DNA of 32,000 bases from the NCBI GenBank assembly GCA_030167145.1, contig CP126532.1, positions 960,001 to 992,000 of the forward strand, given 5' to 3'. The notes under the pieces were generated by a model. The model was not told the DNA's origin and searched no databases. It worked only from the letters and a program-made list of their open reading frames with translations. Below, in pieces: positions 1 to 7,591 of this stretch. The position numbers and the translations under genes were made by a program. The DNA is from Ktedonobacterales bacterium. GTDB taxonomy: Bacteria; Chloroflexota; Ktedonobacteria; Ktedonobacterales; JADMIN01. The number at the start of each line of letters is the position of its first letter. Positions within the stretch are counted from its first letter, which is position 1.

Positions 1-210
1 GCCGGGGTCGTTCTGCTTATTCTCAGGCGACGAGCCGCCCTCGCCGCCAGCATAGCGGCTCAGCAAACCACCACCCTGGCGCGCGCTGTTCGGATCAGAC
101 GGCTGCGGACGCCGGGGCGCGGGATTCTGGCGTGGTCCGCTGGCCGCGCGTGGCGGAGCGCCGCGCCTGTCCTGTGCCCGGTCGTTCTGGTTGCCGTCAT
201 CCATGCTCAT
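1..210 (-). CDS. hypothetical low-complexity protein, N-terminal part only (continues past left edge)
   Basis: Reverse-strand frame is open from ATG at 210 (MSMDDGNQNDRAQDRRGAPP...) to base 1, 70 codons, with GC-rich third positions. It is absent from the ORF track because it has no stop in the window. No family recognised. Confidence 0.35.
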   Translation of the reverse strand, partial: MSMDDGNQNDRAQDRRGAPPRAASGPRQNPAPRRPQPSDPNSARQGGGLLSRYAGGEGGSSPENKQNDPG

Positions 211-463
211 GGCGTCGCTCGTTTCTTCGCCTGAAATCCCTTGCATCCCACCGCCGGAACGGACGGACGTTCACCGCTCATCATGCGCCAGGGGCCACAT
301 AGGCGGGTCATATGGGCGCTGTCTGAGAGTGTATGCGAGATCGAGTCCATATACCCACTACTATGATGACGCAGCGAGAGCGCGAAATGTGCCACCCGTG
401 GTCCTTTCCACCCGCCCTCTCAGCGAATTCTTAGCCGCGCCACGGCGCAACCCAACCCTGAGC

Positions 464-493
464 AGGCTACCATCCGGGCCAAAAGGCCGTCAA
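464..493 (-). promoter_or_regulatory. candidate sigma70-type promoter (TTGACG-N18-TAGCCT) about 250 nt upstream of the 1..210 CDS
   Basis: On the reverse strand, TTGACG (493-488), an 18 nt spacer, then TAGCCT (469-464). The -10 is weak. The same TTGACG -35 hexamer recurs at other intergenic sites in the window. Confidence 0.3.
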
Positions 494-560
494 GCGCGAT
501 AGGACTTCCACGCTAGATTGCTGAGGACAAACAGCACGCTCATCCGCCAGTCATACGAGC

Positions 561-589
561 AAGAAAAAAGCCGCTCGTGAAAGCGGCTT
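561..589 (-). terminator. rho-independent terminator immediately downstream (minus strand) of the displaced tRNA-Leu 3' fragment
   Basis: Stem GCCGCT (570-575) / AGCGGC (582-587), extendable by two A-T pairs, with a 6 nt loop. On the minus strand it is followed by CTTTTTTCTT (570-561). Confidence 0.6.
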
Positions 590-1122
590 CTCTCATCTAT
601 AGGTGTGTACTGGTGCCGGTGGGGGGACTCGAACCCCCAAGCTCGTACGGGCAGCAGTTGCAGTCACGACATAGAGGAGAAGGAGAAGCAGAGACAGATA
701 TCTTCTCTCGAACCATTGTCACGAAAGATGATGAGAGTGATCTAGGCGGCGGAGGCGGAGAAAACGCGCATGCGAGCGTACAGGCGTACAAGGGGAACCG
801 TGGTAGCCCTGCCGTCGCTTCGCTCCTAGCCTCAGCGCCCGCCGCCGCCGCCAGTGCTTCACTCCCATCAAAAGAAGAGAAGCCGACGCAGACGCAACTC
901 GCAGAGCGTGCAGACCTGCGAGACCTCGCCGGATTGCTCGCCGGATCGGTGGCGCGCGCCGCGAAGTTGACGGCATACGATGCTGCGGCGCTGGAAACGC
1001 TGGTCAGCCGCTATGAGGGGCATGGGCGGACATGGCTGCTGGATGAGGCGAGCGCCGCCGCTGATTGGATTGCGAGCGGGTGGAATAAGAAGCTGAAGGA
1101 CAAGCAGCGACGGATGGGGTGA
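577..1122 (+). CDS. hypothetical protein or gene fragment; true 5' end uncertain
   Basis: 181-codon ORF. Its 5' end starts on GTG inside the terminator hairpin and reads through the tRNA fragment, so that part is not credible. Only the C-terminal ~90 aa (KPTQTQLAERADLRDLAGLLAG...WIASGWNKKLKDKQRRMG) looks protein-like. No family recognised. Confidence 0.2.
   Translation: MKAASLIYRCVLVPVGGLEPPSSYGQQLQSRHRGEGEAETDIFSRTIVTKDDESDLGGGGGENAHASVQAYKGNRGSPAVASLLASAPAAAASASLPSKEEKPTQTQLAERADLRDLAGLLAGSVARAAKLTAYDAAALETLVSRYEGHGRTWLLDEASAAADWIASGWNKKLKDKQRRMG
611..642 (-). repeat. displaced 3' fragment of tRNA-Leu; perfect 32-nt direct repeat of 9826-9857 (putative att core)
   Basis: tggtgccggtggggggactcgaacccccaagc is identical at 611-642 and 9826-9857 (CCA end, acceptor 3' strand, T-arm). 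12 of the next 17 nt also match. After that there is no D-arm or anticodon arm, so this is not a complete tRNA. Confidence 0.9.
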
Positions 1123-1372
1123 TTTACTTGACGGTGGCAGGGGTGTGTTGGGCGCTGGGGATGCCTGGCTCAGGCGCAACTGCGCGCCCCCCTTGGAACC
1201 TCTCCTCGGAACGGCTCGGAGAGGCTGTTGATCCACTACTTTCCCCCACTTTGGGCTCTACAGGTCTCAGCATCCGCTCAATCCTACCACAGGTGCTGCT
1301 GTAGGATGAGGGCGTGCTCCAGCTCGGGGCGGCAGGAGATGACGGAGTGGAGTTGCGGCGGTGAGGAGCGGA

Positions 1373-2212
1373 TCAGGAGATGAGGGGGATCGCGAGGAGC
1401 ACGAGGAGGATGCCGATGGCTTGCAGGCGGGCGACGCGCTCGCCCAGCAGGAACGCGGCGAGCAGGACGGTGGCGGCGGGGTACAAGGAGGAGAGGATGG
1501 CGGCGACATCCAGCCGTCCGCTGTGGGCGGCGAGCAGAAAGAAGGCATTGCCGAACGCATCGAGGGTTCCGGCGAGTACCACGAGGAGCGCGACGTTCCT
1601 GCCGGGCAGCACGGGCTGACGTCGCAGGAGCGTGAGGAGGAGGATGCAGATGACGGAGGTAAAGCGTGCGGCGGCCAACGGCCAGAAGACGGCGGCGGGA
1701 CTCACCCGGCTGATGAGGATGAAGAAGCAGCCAAAGCCACATCCGGCGACGACGGCCAACCCGAGGCCTTTTGGGGGTCCGTGGGCGCGCTGCGGGCGCG
1801 AGATCAGGGCAATCGCGAGGAGCGCGAAGCAGAACCCGATCAGTTGCCGGGGCGTCGGAAGGCCCGCCGTGAGCACGCTGAACAGGACGGGCAGCGATGC
1901 GGTCAGCACCGCCGCGACGGGGGCCGTGATGCCCATCTGACCCCGTGCGAGGGCGGAGTAGAGGGCGAGCAAACCGAGCACACCCGCCACCCCGCCCAGC
2001 GCGCCCCAGGCGAGGTCTGCGGGCGAGGAGAACGGCTCGCGCCAGAGCAGCGCCAGGAGGACCAGGACGGCGCAGCCTAGCGAGTAGCCAGCGATTATCA
2101 CGCTGGAGACGGTCGCACGGCGGGAGGCCAGTCCGCCACTGAAATCGCCGCTGCCCCAACACAGTGAAGCAGCGAGGCCAAAGAGGACCAGGGCGAGAAG
2201 GTTGTGCTGCAT
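1373..2212 (-). CDS. EamA/DMT-superfamily membrane transporter
   Basis: 279 aa and hydrophobic throughout, about 10 predicted TM segments arranged as two EamA-like halves. N-terminus MQHNLLALVLFGLAASLCWGSGDFSGG is typical of the family. Confidence 0.85.
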   Translation of the reverse strand: MQHNLLALVLFGLAASLCWGSGDFSGGLASRRATVSSVIIAGYSLGCAVLVLLALLWREPFSSPADLAWGALGGVAGVLGLLALYSALARGQMGITAPVAAVLTASLPVLFSVLTAGLPTPRQLIGFCFALLAIALISRPQRAHGPPKGLGLAVVAGCGFGCFFILISRVSPAAVFWPLAAARFTSVICILLLTLLRRQPVLPGRNVALLVVLAGTLDAFGNAFFLLAAHSGRLDVAAILSSLYPAATVLLAAFLLGERVARLQAIGILLVLLAIPLIS

Positions 2213-2397
2213 CGTGGACCTTTATTGCTGGTGCTGCCGGTGCTCATCACTGCGGGAATGTCGCAACCGCTCGGTATGGATGCGATCTGGATGCGTGACC
2301 ACGTCGGTGTGCGCGTGATGGACATCATACCGTAGTGCAGGGATTCGGCCAAGTCGCGTGCGGTAGGTCGTGGCAAGGACACGGACCGCTGCAAGTC

Positions 2398-2487
2398 GTC
2401 AGGTATGGTCAGGTGTCGTCAGAGACGGTCAGATGCGGACAAGGATGGACAGTACGCGACGGAGGTGGTCAGAGATGGTCACAGATG
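2398..2487. repeat. nine contiguous 10-nt units, consensus G(T/A)CAG(A/G)N(A/G)(T/C)G, in exact 10-nt register
   Basis: Units read directly: gtcaggtatg, gtcaggtgtc, gtcagagacg, gtcagatgcg, gacaaggatg, gacagtacgc, gacggaggtg, gtcagagatg, gtcacagatg. No indels over 90 nt. Lies in the 410-nt gap between the EamA start and the permease stop. Confidence 0.85.
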
Positions 2488-2623
2488 TGGCGGAGGTGCT
2501 GAGCACGTGGCGGCTGCGGGATCGGTGGTGGGAGGAGCTGCCGCCGCTTGGCGATGCGCTGCTGCCGGGTGAACAGTCGTAGCCAGGGCGGCTCGGTGGG
2601 GCGAGCGGGATCTGCATGCCCAA

Positions 2624-3430
2624 CTAGCTTCTGGCGGCTGGCACGCGGGCGGCACCGCCGCCCGTAAGTCGAGCTGCGACAGCGACCGGGATGATCGTGA
2701 CCAGGATCACGAACGACACGACGACGTTCACCTCTGGGAGCAGCACGCCGTGGCGGATCTGGCCGAAGATCCAGATGGGCAAAGTGCTCTGGGCGCCGGC
2801 AGTGAAGGTGGTCACGATGACCTCGTCGAATGACAGCGCGAAGGCCAGCATGGCGCCAGCCACGACTGCAGTCGAGATCAAAGGCAACGTGACGTCGCGA
2901 AACACCTGGACGCTGTTGGCGCCGAGGTCCATGGCGGCCTCGATCAGCGATCCCTGCATGCGGCGAAGTCGGGCGAGCACGTTGTTGTAGACAACCACGA
3001 TGCAGAAGGTGGTGTGGCCTACGACTATGGTTGCGAGCGACAGCGTGATGTTGTTGAAGCTGAAGAACGCGTTCAGCGCGATGCCGGTAATGATGCCCGG
3101 CAGGGCCAGCGGCAGGATGAAGAGCAGGCTCACCACCTCGCGGCCAAAGAACCGGGTGCGGTGGATCGCGAACGCGGCGCACGAGCCGAGGACGAGGGCA
3201 ATCGCCGTCGCCAGGAGCCCGGCCTCGAGCGACACGAGCAAGGCCGACCGCACGTTGTCGTCGTTCCAGGTGGCGCTGAACCACTTGAGCGTCAGCCCGG
3301 GAATGGGCCAACTCTCGATGTTCGAGGTGTTGAACGCGTACAAGAAGATCAAGAAGATCGGGATGAACAGGAACAGCATGATGAGGACAGCCCAGATGCG
3401 CAGGAAGATGCGCGTGCCGGTGTCTTCCAT
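2624..3430 (-). CDS. ABC transporter permease, PotC-like (polyamine/opine-type importer)
   Basis: 268 aa, 6 TM pattern, EAA loop EAAMDLGANSVQVFRDVTLPLI. SD AGGAAGAAAGG lies upstream of the ATG at 3430. Last gene of the co-directional ATPase-SBP-permease-permease cluster. Confidence 0.9.
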   Translation of the reverse strand: MEDTGTRIFLRIWAVLIMLFLFIPIFLIFLYAFNTSNIESWPIPGLTLKWFSATWNDDNVRSALLVSLEAGLLATAIALVLGSCAAFAIHRTRFFGREVVSLLFILPLALPGIITGIALNAFFSFNNITLSLATIVVGHTTFCIVVVYNNVLARLRRMQGSLIEAAMDLGANSVQVFRDVTLPLISTAVVAGAMLAFALSFDEVIVTTFTAGAQSTLPIWIFGQIRHGVLLPEVNVVVSFVILVTIIPVAVAARLTGGGAARVPAARS

Positions 3431-3448
3431 CGGTTTGCCTTTCTTCCT

Positions 3449-4363
3449 TTAGAGTGCCTCGAAGGCGCCCAGCTTGTAGGCAATCGTCAAGTACACGACC
3501 ATGATCGCCACCGGCACCGTGGTCAGCGCGGCGGCGAACGGCACGTTGTTGGCGATGCCAATGTTGGCATAGACGACGTTGCCGATGAAGTTGGAGTTCG
3601 CCCCGCCGACCAGGATCGGCGTGATGTAGTCGCCGAGCGTCAGCGAGAACGTAAAGATCGATCCGGCGACCACGCCCGGCAGGGCCAGCGGGAGGACCAC
3701 GTCGCGGACGGTGCGCCAGCGGCGGGCGCCGAGGTCGGCCGCCGCATCGAGCAGCGACTCGGGCACCCGTTCGAGCGCGGCGTAGGTCGGAATGATCATG
3801 AAGGGCAGCCAGATGTAGGAAAAGACGAGCCACATCGCGGTGTTGGTGTAGCCGATGTTGGCGGGGGGCAGACCGATCGAGTGAAGGCTCCAATTCAGAA
3901 GGCCGTCGTGGTTGAGGATCAGGATCCAGGCGTAGACGCGGGCGAGGTAGCTCGCCCACAGCGGCAGCAGCACGGCGGCGAACAGGAGAGTCTGTACGCG
4001 CCGCGAGGCCACGCGGGCCATGTAGTAGGCGAGAGGAAAGGCGAGGACCGCATCAGTGATGGTGACCAGCGATGCGGTAAGGACGGTCCGGCCGATGATC
4101 GTCCAGTATGTCGAGTCAGTTAGGATGATCCGGAAGTTGTCGAGGTTCCACTGCTGGACGACCTGGGTCGTGAACGGGTTGATCGTCCAGAAGGCGGAGA
4201 TCAGCAGCAGCGCGAGAGACGCGAAGTAGATCACCACGAACCACGCCAGCGGCGGGGTCAGGAGGAGCAGGGGGCGCAGCCACGGCAGGCGCCACAGGAA
4301 GCCAGAAAACCGGACAGCCCCGGCGCTCTTGGGACGAGGCTGTCGGATCGTTTCTATCGACAT
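3449..4363 (-). CDS. ABC transporter permease, PotB-like
   Basis: EAA loop DAAADLGARRWRTVRDVVLPLALPG, multiple TM segments. Start moved to ATG at 4363 (MSIETIRQPRPK...) because the longer ORF to 4468 overlaps the SBP gene. Confidence 0.88.
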   Translation of the reverse strand: MSIETIRQPRPKSAGAVRFSGFLWRLPWLRPLLLLTPPLAWFVVIYFASLALLLISAFWTINPFTTQVVQQWNLDNFRIILTDSTYWTIIGRTVLTASLVTITDAVLAFPLAYYMARVASRRVQTLLFAAVLLPLWASYLARVYAWILILNHDGLLNWSLHSIGLPPANIGYTNTAMWLVFSYIWLPFMIIPTYAALERVPESLLDAAADLGARRWRTVRDVVLPLALPGVVAGSIFTFSLTLGDYITPILVGGANSNFIGNVVYANIGIANNVPFAAALTTVPVAIMVVYLTIAYKLGAFEAL

Positions 4364-4367
4364 GCGG

Positions 4368-5561
4368 CTAGCCCTTGATCGTCGTCCAGGCGGCGACCCA
4401 CTGCGCGTAGGGCACGCAGTTGTTGGTTCCGTCGTCGCAGGTCGCAAGCGGCGTCTTCCAGAAAGCAATGGTGCTGAAGTACGCGCTGCTGGACTGGTCG
4501 GCGTGGTATTTCGCGCACGAGCCAGCCTGCAGGGTCTCCATCACGGCGCACGCCTTGCTGTTCACTGGCGTCTCGCCGAAGGACAGGGCCTGCTCGGCTT
4601 GCACCTGCGGGGTGCTCACCCACTTGGCCCAGAGGTAGGCACAATTGGGGTGAGGAGCGTTGGTCGCCAGCATCCACGTGTCGGCCCACCCGGTGGCGCC
4701 CTCCTGTGGGATGGTATCGTCGACTGGTGCACCGGCTGTCTTGAGCGTGATCGTCTGGTACGGCCAGGCCGCGCCGACGACGGCGTCACCGTTCTGGAAC
4801 AGGGAGATCTCGTCGGTGGCGAGCGACCAATAGTGCTTGATCAGCGGCTGCTGCTGCTTGAGCAGATTGACCGCCGCGTCGAACTGCGGCTGCGTCAGTT
4901 CGTAGGGGTCCTTGATGCCAAGGTTCGGCTGCGACTTGCTGAGGTAGAGCGCCGCGTCGGCGATCTGGATCGGGTTGTCAGGCACGGTGATCCGGCCCTT
5001 GTAGGTGGGGTCGTAGATGACCGACCAGCTGGTCGGCTTGTTGGGGAATGTCTGGGTGTTGTAGAGCAGCGTATTTGGGCCCCACTGGAGCGAGACACCG
5101 TAGTGCACGCCGTTGATCGTGTTGAACGGCGGGTTCTGGAAATATGTCTGGAAGTTCTGCCAGTCGGGGATCAGGTTGACGTTCATGGGCTTGACGTCGC
5201 CCCCATAGATCAGGCGCAGATCCGCGTCACCGGAGGCCGAGACCATGTCCCACTGCCCGCCGCCGCCGTTTTTCATCAGGCTGACCATCTCGTCCGACGA
5301 TCCGGCGGGGTGTTGGTTGACCTTACATCCGGTCGCCTGGGTGAATGGGTCAACCCACGATTTGTCGGCGTAGCCGTCCCACAGGACCAGGTTCAACTGA
5401 CCCTCGCCGGCGCCGATGGTGGTTTGCGGCTTCATGTTCGCTGTCGGTGGCTGCTGCGTCGTGGGTCTGATCGTGCCGCCACTGGAACCGCATGCGACGA
5501 GCAGCAGCATTGACGCCGCTGCCAGACCCCAGAGCTTCATAGACTTCATACCCAGCTTCAT
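4368..5561 (-). CDS. ABC transporter periplasmic solute-binding lipoprotein, PotD/PotF-like
   Basis: 397 aa. Signal peptide with lipobox (MLLLVAC-GSSGG). Size and sequence pattern match the spermidine/putrescine-type binding protein family. Its ATG overlaps the ATPase stop (ATGA at 5558-5561). Confidence 0.85.
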   Translation of the reverse strand: MKLGMKSMKLWGLAAASMLLLVACGSSGGTIRPTTQQPPTANMKPQTTIGAGEGQLNLVLWDGYADKSWVDPFTQATGCKVNQHPAGSSDEMVSLMKNGGGGQWDMVSASGDADLRLIYGGDVKPMNVNLIPDWQNFQTYFQNPPFNTINGVHYGVSLQWGPNTLLYNTQTFPNKPTSWSVIYDPTYKGRITVPDNPIQIADAALYLSKSQPNLGIKDPYELTQPQFDAAVNLLKQQQPLIKHYWSLATDEISLFQNGDAVVGAAWPYQTITLKTAGAPVDDTIPQEGATGWADTWMLATNAPHPNCAYLWAKWVSTPQVQAEQALSFGETPVNSKACAVMETLQAGSCAKYHADQSSSAYFSTIAFWKTPLATCDDGTNNCVPYAQWVAAWTTIKG

Positions 5562-6589
5562 CGACTATCTACCTCTCCCTTGCCGAGCACATACGTGTGG
5601 TCGGACGTCCAAGCCAGGCGGACCGGCTGGCCTTCAAACTTCTGGGCGTTGTCCTGAGCGTCCATGTTCTGACGCACCGCCACCAACTGCTCCCCGCGAT
5701 CGAGGTGTACGATGTAGCGCGTCGTCATGCCCGCGTAGACGACCTGCGCGACGCGCCCCGGCTCGACGGTCATGCCGACGTCGGCCGGCTCGCCCTCTGC
5801 CAGCATGCGGATCTTCTCCGGACGCACGACAAAGCGGACGCCGTCGCGGAGGAGGATATTGGAGATGCCGATGAAGTCTGCGACGAACTCGGTCGCGGGC
5901 TGCTCGTAGACCTCCACAGGGGTACCGATTTGCTGTATCCGGCCGCTCGACATCACTGCCACGCGGTCGCTCATGGTAAGCGCCTCCTCCTGGTCGTGGG
6001 TGACGTAGACGAAGGTGATGCCAACCTCTTTCTGGATCTGCTTCAACTCGATCTGCATCTCCTGGCGCAGTTTGAGGTCCAGCGCTCCGAGAGGCTCGTC
6101 GAGCAGGAGCACCTCAGGCTCGTTGACAACGGCGCGCGCCAGCGCGACGCGCTGCCGCTGCCCGCCCGACAGCTGATTGGGGCGGCGGCCGCCAAGCCCA
6201 CTGAGCCGGACCATGTCGAGCGCATTCTGGACCCGCTTGTCGCGGGTTTGCCTCGCCACACCCTTGATGCGCAACCCGTAGCCGATGTTGTCCGCCACCG
6301 ACATGTGCGGGAAGAGCGCGTAGTCCTGGAACACGGTGTTGGTCTCGCGCTGGTAGGGAGGGATGGAGGTGACGTCTCGGCCAGCCAGCTCGATGCGGCC
6401 GGAGTCCGGTCGCTCGAATCCCGCGATCAAACGCAGCAACGTGGTCTTGCCCGATCCCGAAGGTCCGACCAGGGTGAAGAACTCACCCCGCTCGACCAGC
6501 AGGTCGATGCCATCAACGACGGCGACGTGCCCGAAGTGCTTCCGAACGGCCTCGAGCTTGAGGGCCGGGACTTTCGCGGCGTTAGTCAT
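5558..6589 (-). CDS. ABC transporter ATP-binding protein, PotA-like
   Basis: Walker A GPSGSGKT, signature LSGGQRQR, Walker B LLLDEP, H-loop, and a C-terminal regulatory/TOBE-like domain. Start placed at ATG 6589 (MTNAAKVPALKLEAVRKHFG). Confidence 0.93.
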   Translation of the reverse strand: MTNAAKVPALKLEAVRKHFGHVAVVDGIDLLVERGEFFTLVGPSGSGKTTLLRLIAGFERPDSGRIELAGRDVTSIPPYQRETNTVFQDYALFPHMSVADNIGYGLRIKGVARQTRDKRVQNALDMVRLSGLGGRRPNQLSGGQRQRVALARAVVNEPEVLLLDEPLGALDLKLRQEMQIELKQIQKEVGITFVYVTHDQEEALTMSDRVAVMSSGRIQQIGTPVEVYEQPATEFVADFIGISNILLRDGVRFVVRPEKIRMLAEGEPADVGMTVEPGRVAQVVYAGMTTRYIVHLDRGEQLVAVRQNMDAQDNAQKFEGQPVRLAWTSDHTYVLGKGEVDSR

Positions 6590-6863
6590 AGGAGGCCATG
6601 ATGTGCGTGATCTGTGTGTACTCGTCGAGCGAATAGATCCCCATGCCCTTTCCGTAGCCTCTCTGCTTGTAGCCGCCGTGCGGCATCTCATTCACGAGCG
6701 GGATGTGCGTGATGATCCATACCGTGCTGGACTGCAGCTTGCGGGCCATGGGCAGCGCGCGGCCGACGTTACGCATCCAGACCGAGGCGGCGAGTCCGCA
6801 GGCGACACTGTAGGTGACACTGTTGGCCCACTCGCGCGCCTTGGGTCCGGGCAGTTCGGTCAC
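6582..6863 (-). pseudogene. aldehyde dehydrogenase, C-terminal remnant only (5'-truncated)
   Basis: GLAASVWMRNVGRALPMARKLQSSTVWIITHIPLVNEMPHGGYKQRGYGKGMGIYSLDEYTQITHIM matches the conserved ALDH-family C-terminus. About 400 N-terminal codons are missing, and the frame hits a stop a few codons upstream of 6863. Internal 12-nt tandem duplication at 6802-6825. Its stop overlaps the ATPase start (ATGACTAA). Confidence 0.8.
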
Positions 6864-6907
6864 GAAGCGAGCCCGAATGGAGGCGGACTTGCGATATCAT
6901 TGGACAA

Positions 6908-6936
6908 TTTCTACGCTATTTGCCCTTTCGCGTCAA
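6908..6936 (-). promoter_or_regulatory. candidate promoter TTGACG-N17-TAGAAA at the truncation junction, reading into the ABC operon
   Basis: On the reverse strand, TTGACG (6936-6931), a 17 nt spacer, then TAGAAA (6913-6908). Sits in a locally AT-richer stretch just upstream of the ALDH remnant. Confidence 0.4.
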
Positions 6937-7591
6937 GTCTCAGTTTCGGTCCGGGTGACCCAAGCCGAAGGTCAGGAGCAGCGCAGCCGGACTCGCGCCA
7001 AGCTTGACTAGTTTTGGCTCGTTGCCGAAGCGTCACGCTCACATTGCTCACTCTGCGCTGCCGCCTGGTTGCTCACTGGCATGTCAGCCATGCTGTTGCT
7101 CCCTGACGGCGGCCACGCCAGCGTACAATCCGCCCGCGTCTGTGCAGTGAGCTGACCTTTTGACGGAGTGGAGGAAGTATAGTGGGGAAACCAGCGAGCC
7201 AGGAATGGCCGGAGTACCACAAATGTCGACCGCCCTATTGGCCAGTGTGTCTACACCAAACGGCGCATGCGCTGGCGTCGCCCCTGCCCTAGAGATAGCC
7301 TGTGCGCGCTTGGGTACACTAAACTGAGGTAGCGAACGGTATGGTGAGCGGCGCGGGAAGTGGGTGGAGCGGGTGGTAGGGCAGGTGGTATCGGGCAGTG
7401 CTGGGGGTAAGGCTGGCGAGGCGGGAGTAGGATAGGAGGCAGATGGGACGAGGCGGCATGAGGTGAAGCATGCATGAGGTGACACTGCCTGCTGCGCCAT
7501 GCGATGCCCCTTGCCCTCGTGGGAGGAGATGGGGGGCATCGCGTCTCCGCGTTTCGTCGAGAGGGATGGCCCGTCCTGGCGGAGACTGCGT

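Noticed and set aside
211-460. Tried to match the leader to known riboswitch classes (TPP, cobalamin, glycine, ZTP, guanidine, c-di-AMP)
   Set aside because: Only trivial fragments such as CTGAGA or GGTGG match. None of the diagnostic conserved cores is present.
2398-2487. Considered whether the 10-nt repeat array could be a CRISPR array
   Set aside because: The units are contiguous with no spacers, only 10 nt long and degenerate, and there are no cas genes.
2370-2582. 70-aa ORF whose tail (WRLRDRWWEELPPLGDALLPGEQS) faintly recalls the N-terminal region of some IS-family transposases
   Set aside because: The resemblance is too weak and short. There is no DDE region or inverted repeats. Most of the ORF is the 10-nt repeat array read in a drifting frame.
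1284-6601. Long ORFs overlapping the EamA and ABC-transporter genes in other frames or on the other strand (1284-2162, 1361-2080, 2469-3959, 3014-4123, 4329-5513, 5597-6601)
   Set aside because: Their products are Arg/Pro/Gly/Ala/His-rich low-complexity sequence, typical of shadow frames in GC-rich DNA. Each is fully covered by a gene with clear family motifs on the real frame.
7182-7292. 36-aa ORF (VGKPASQEWPEYHKCRPPYWPVCLHQTAHALASPLP) with GGAGGA SD, considered as a small peptide or RiPP precursor
   Set aside because: No adjacent modification, transport or immunity genes, and no detectable family. A single SD-plus-GTG match is insufficient.
7355-7381. Canonical G-quadruplex motif GGG-N4-GGG-N6-GGG-N5-GGG
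   Set aside because: Such motifs are expected by chance in GC-rich DNA. No positional argument (promoter, start codon) supports a function here.
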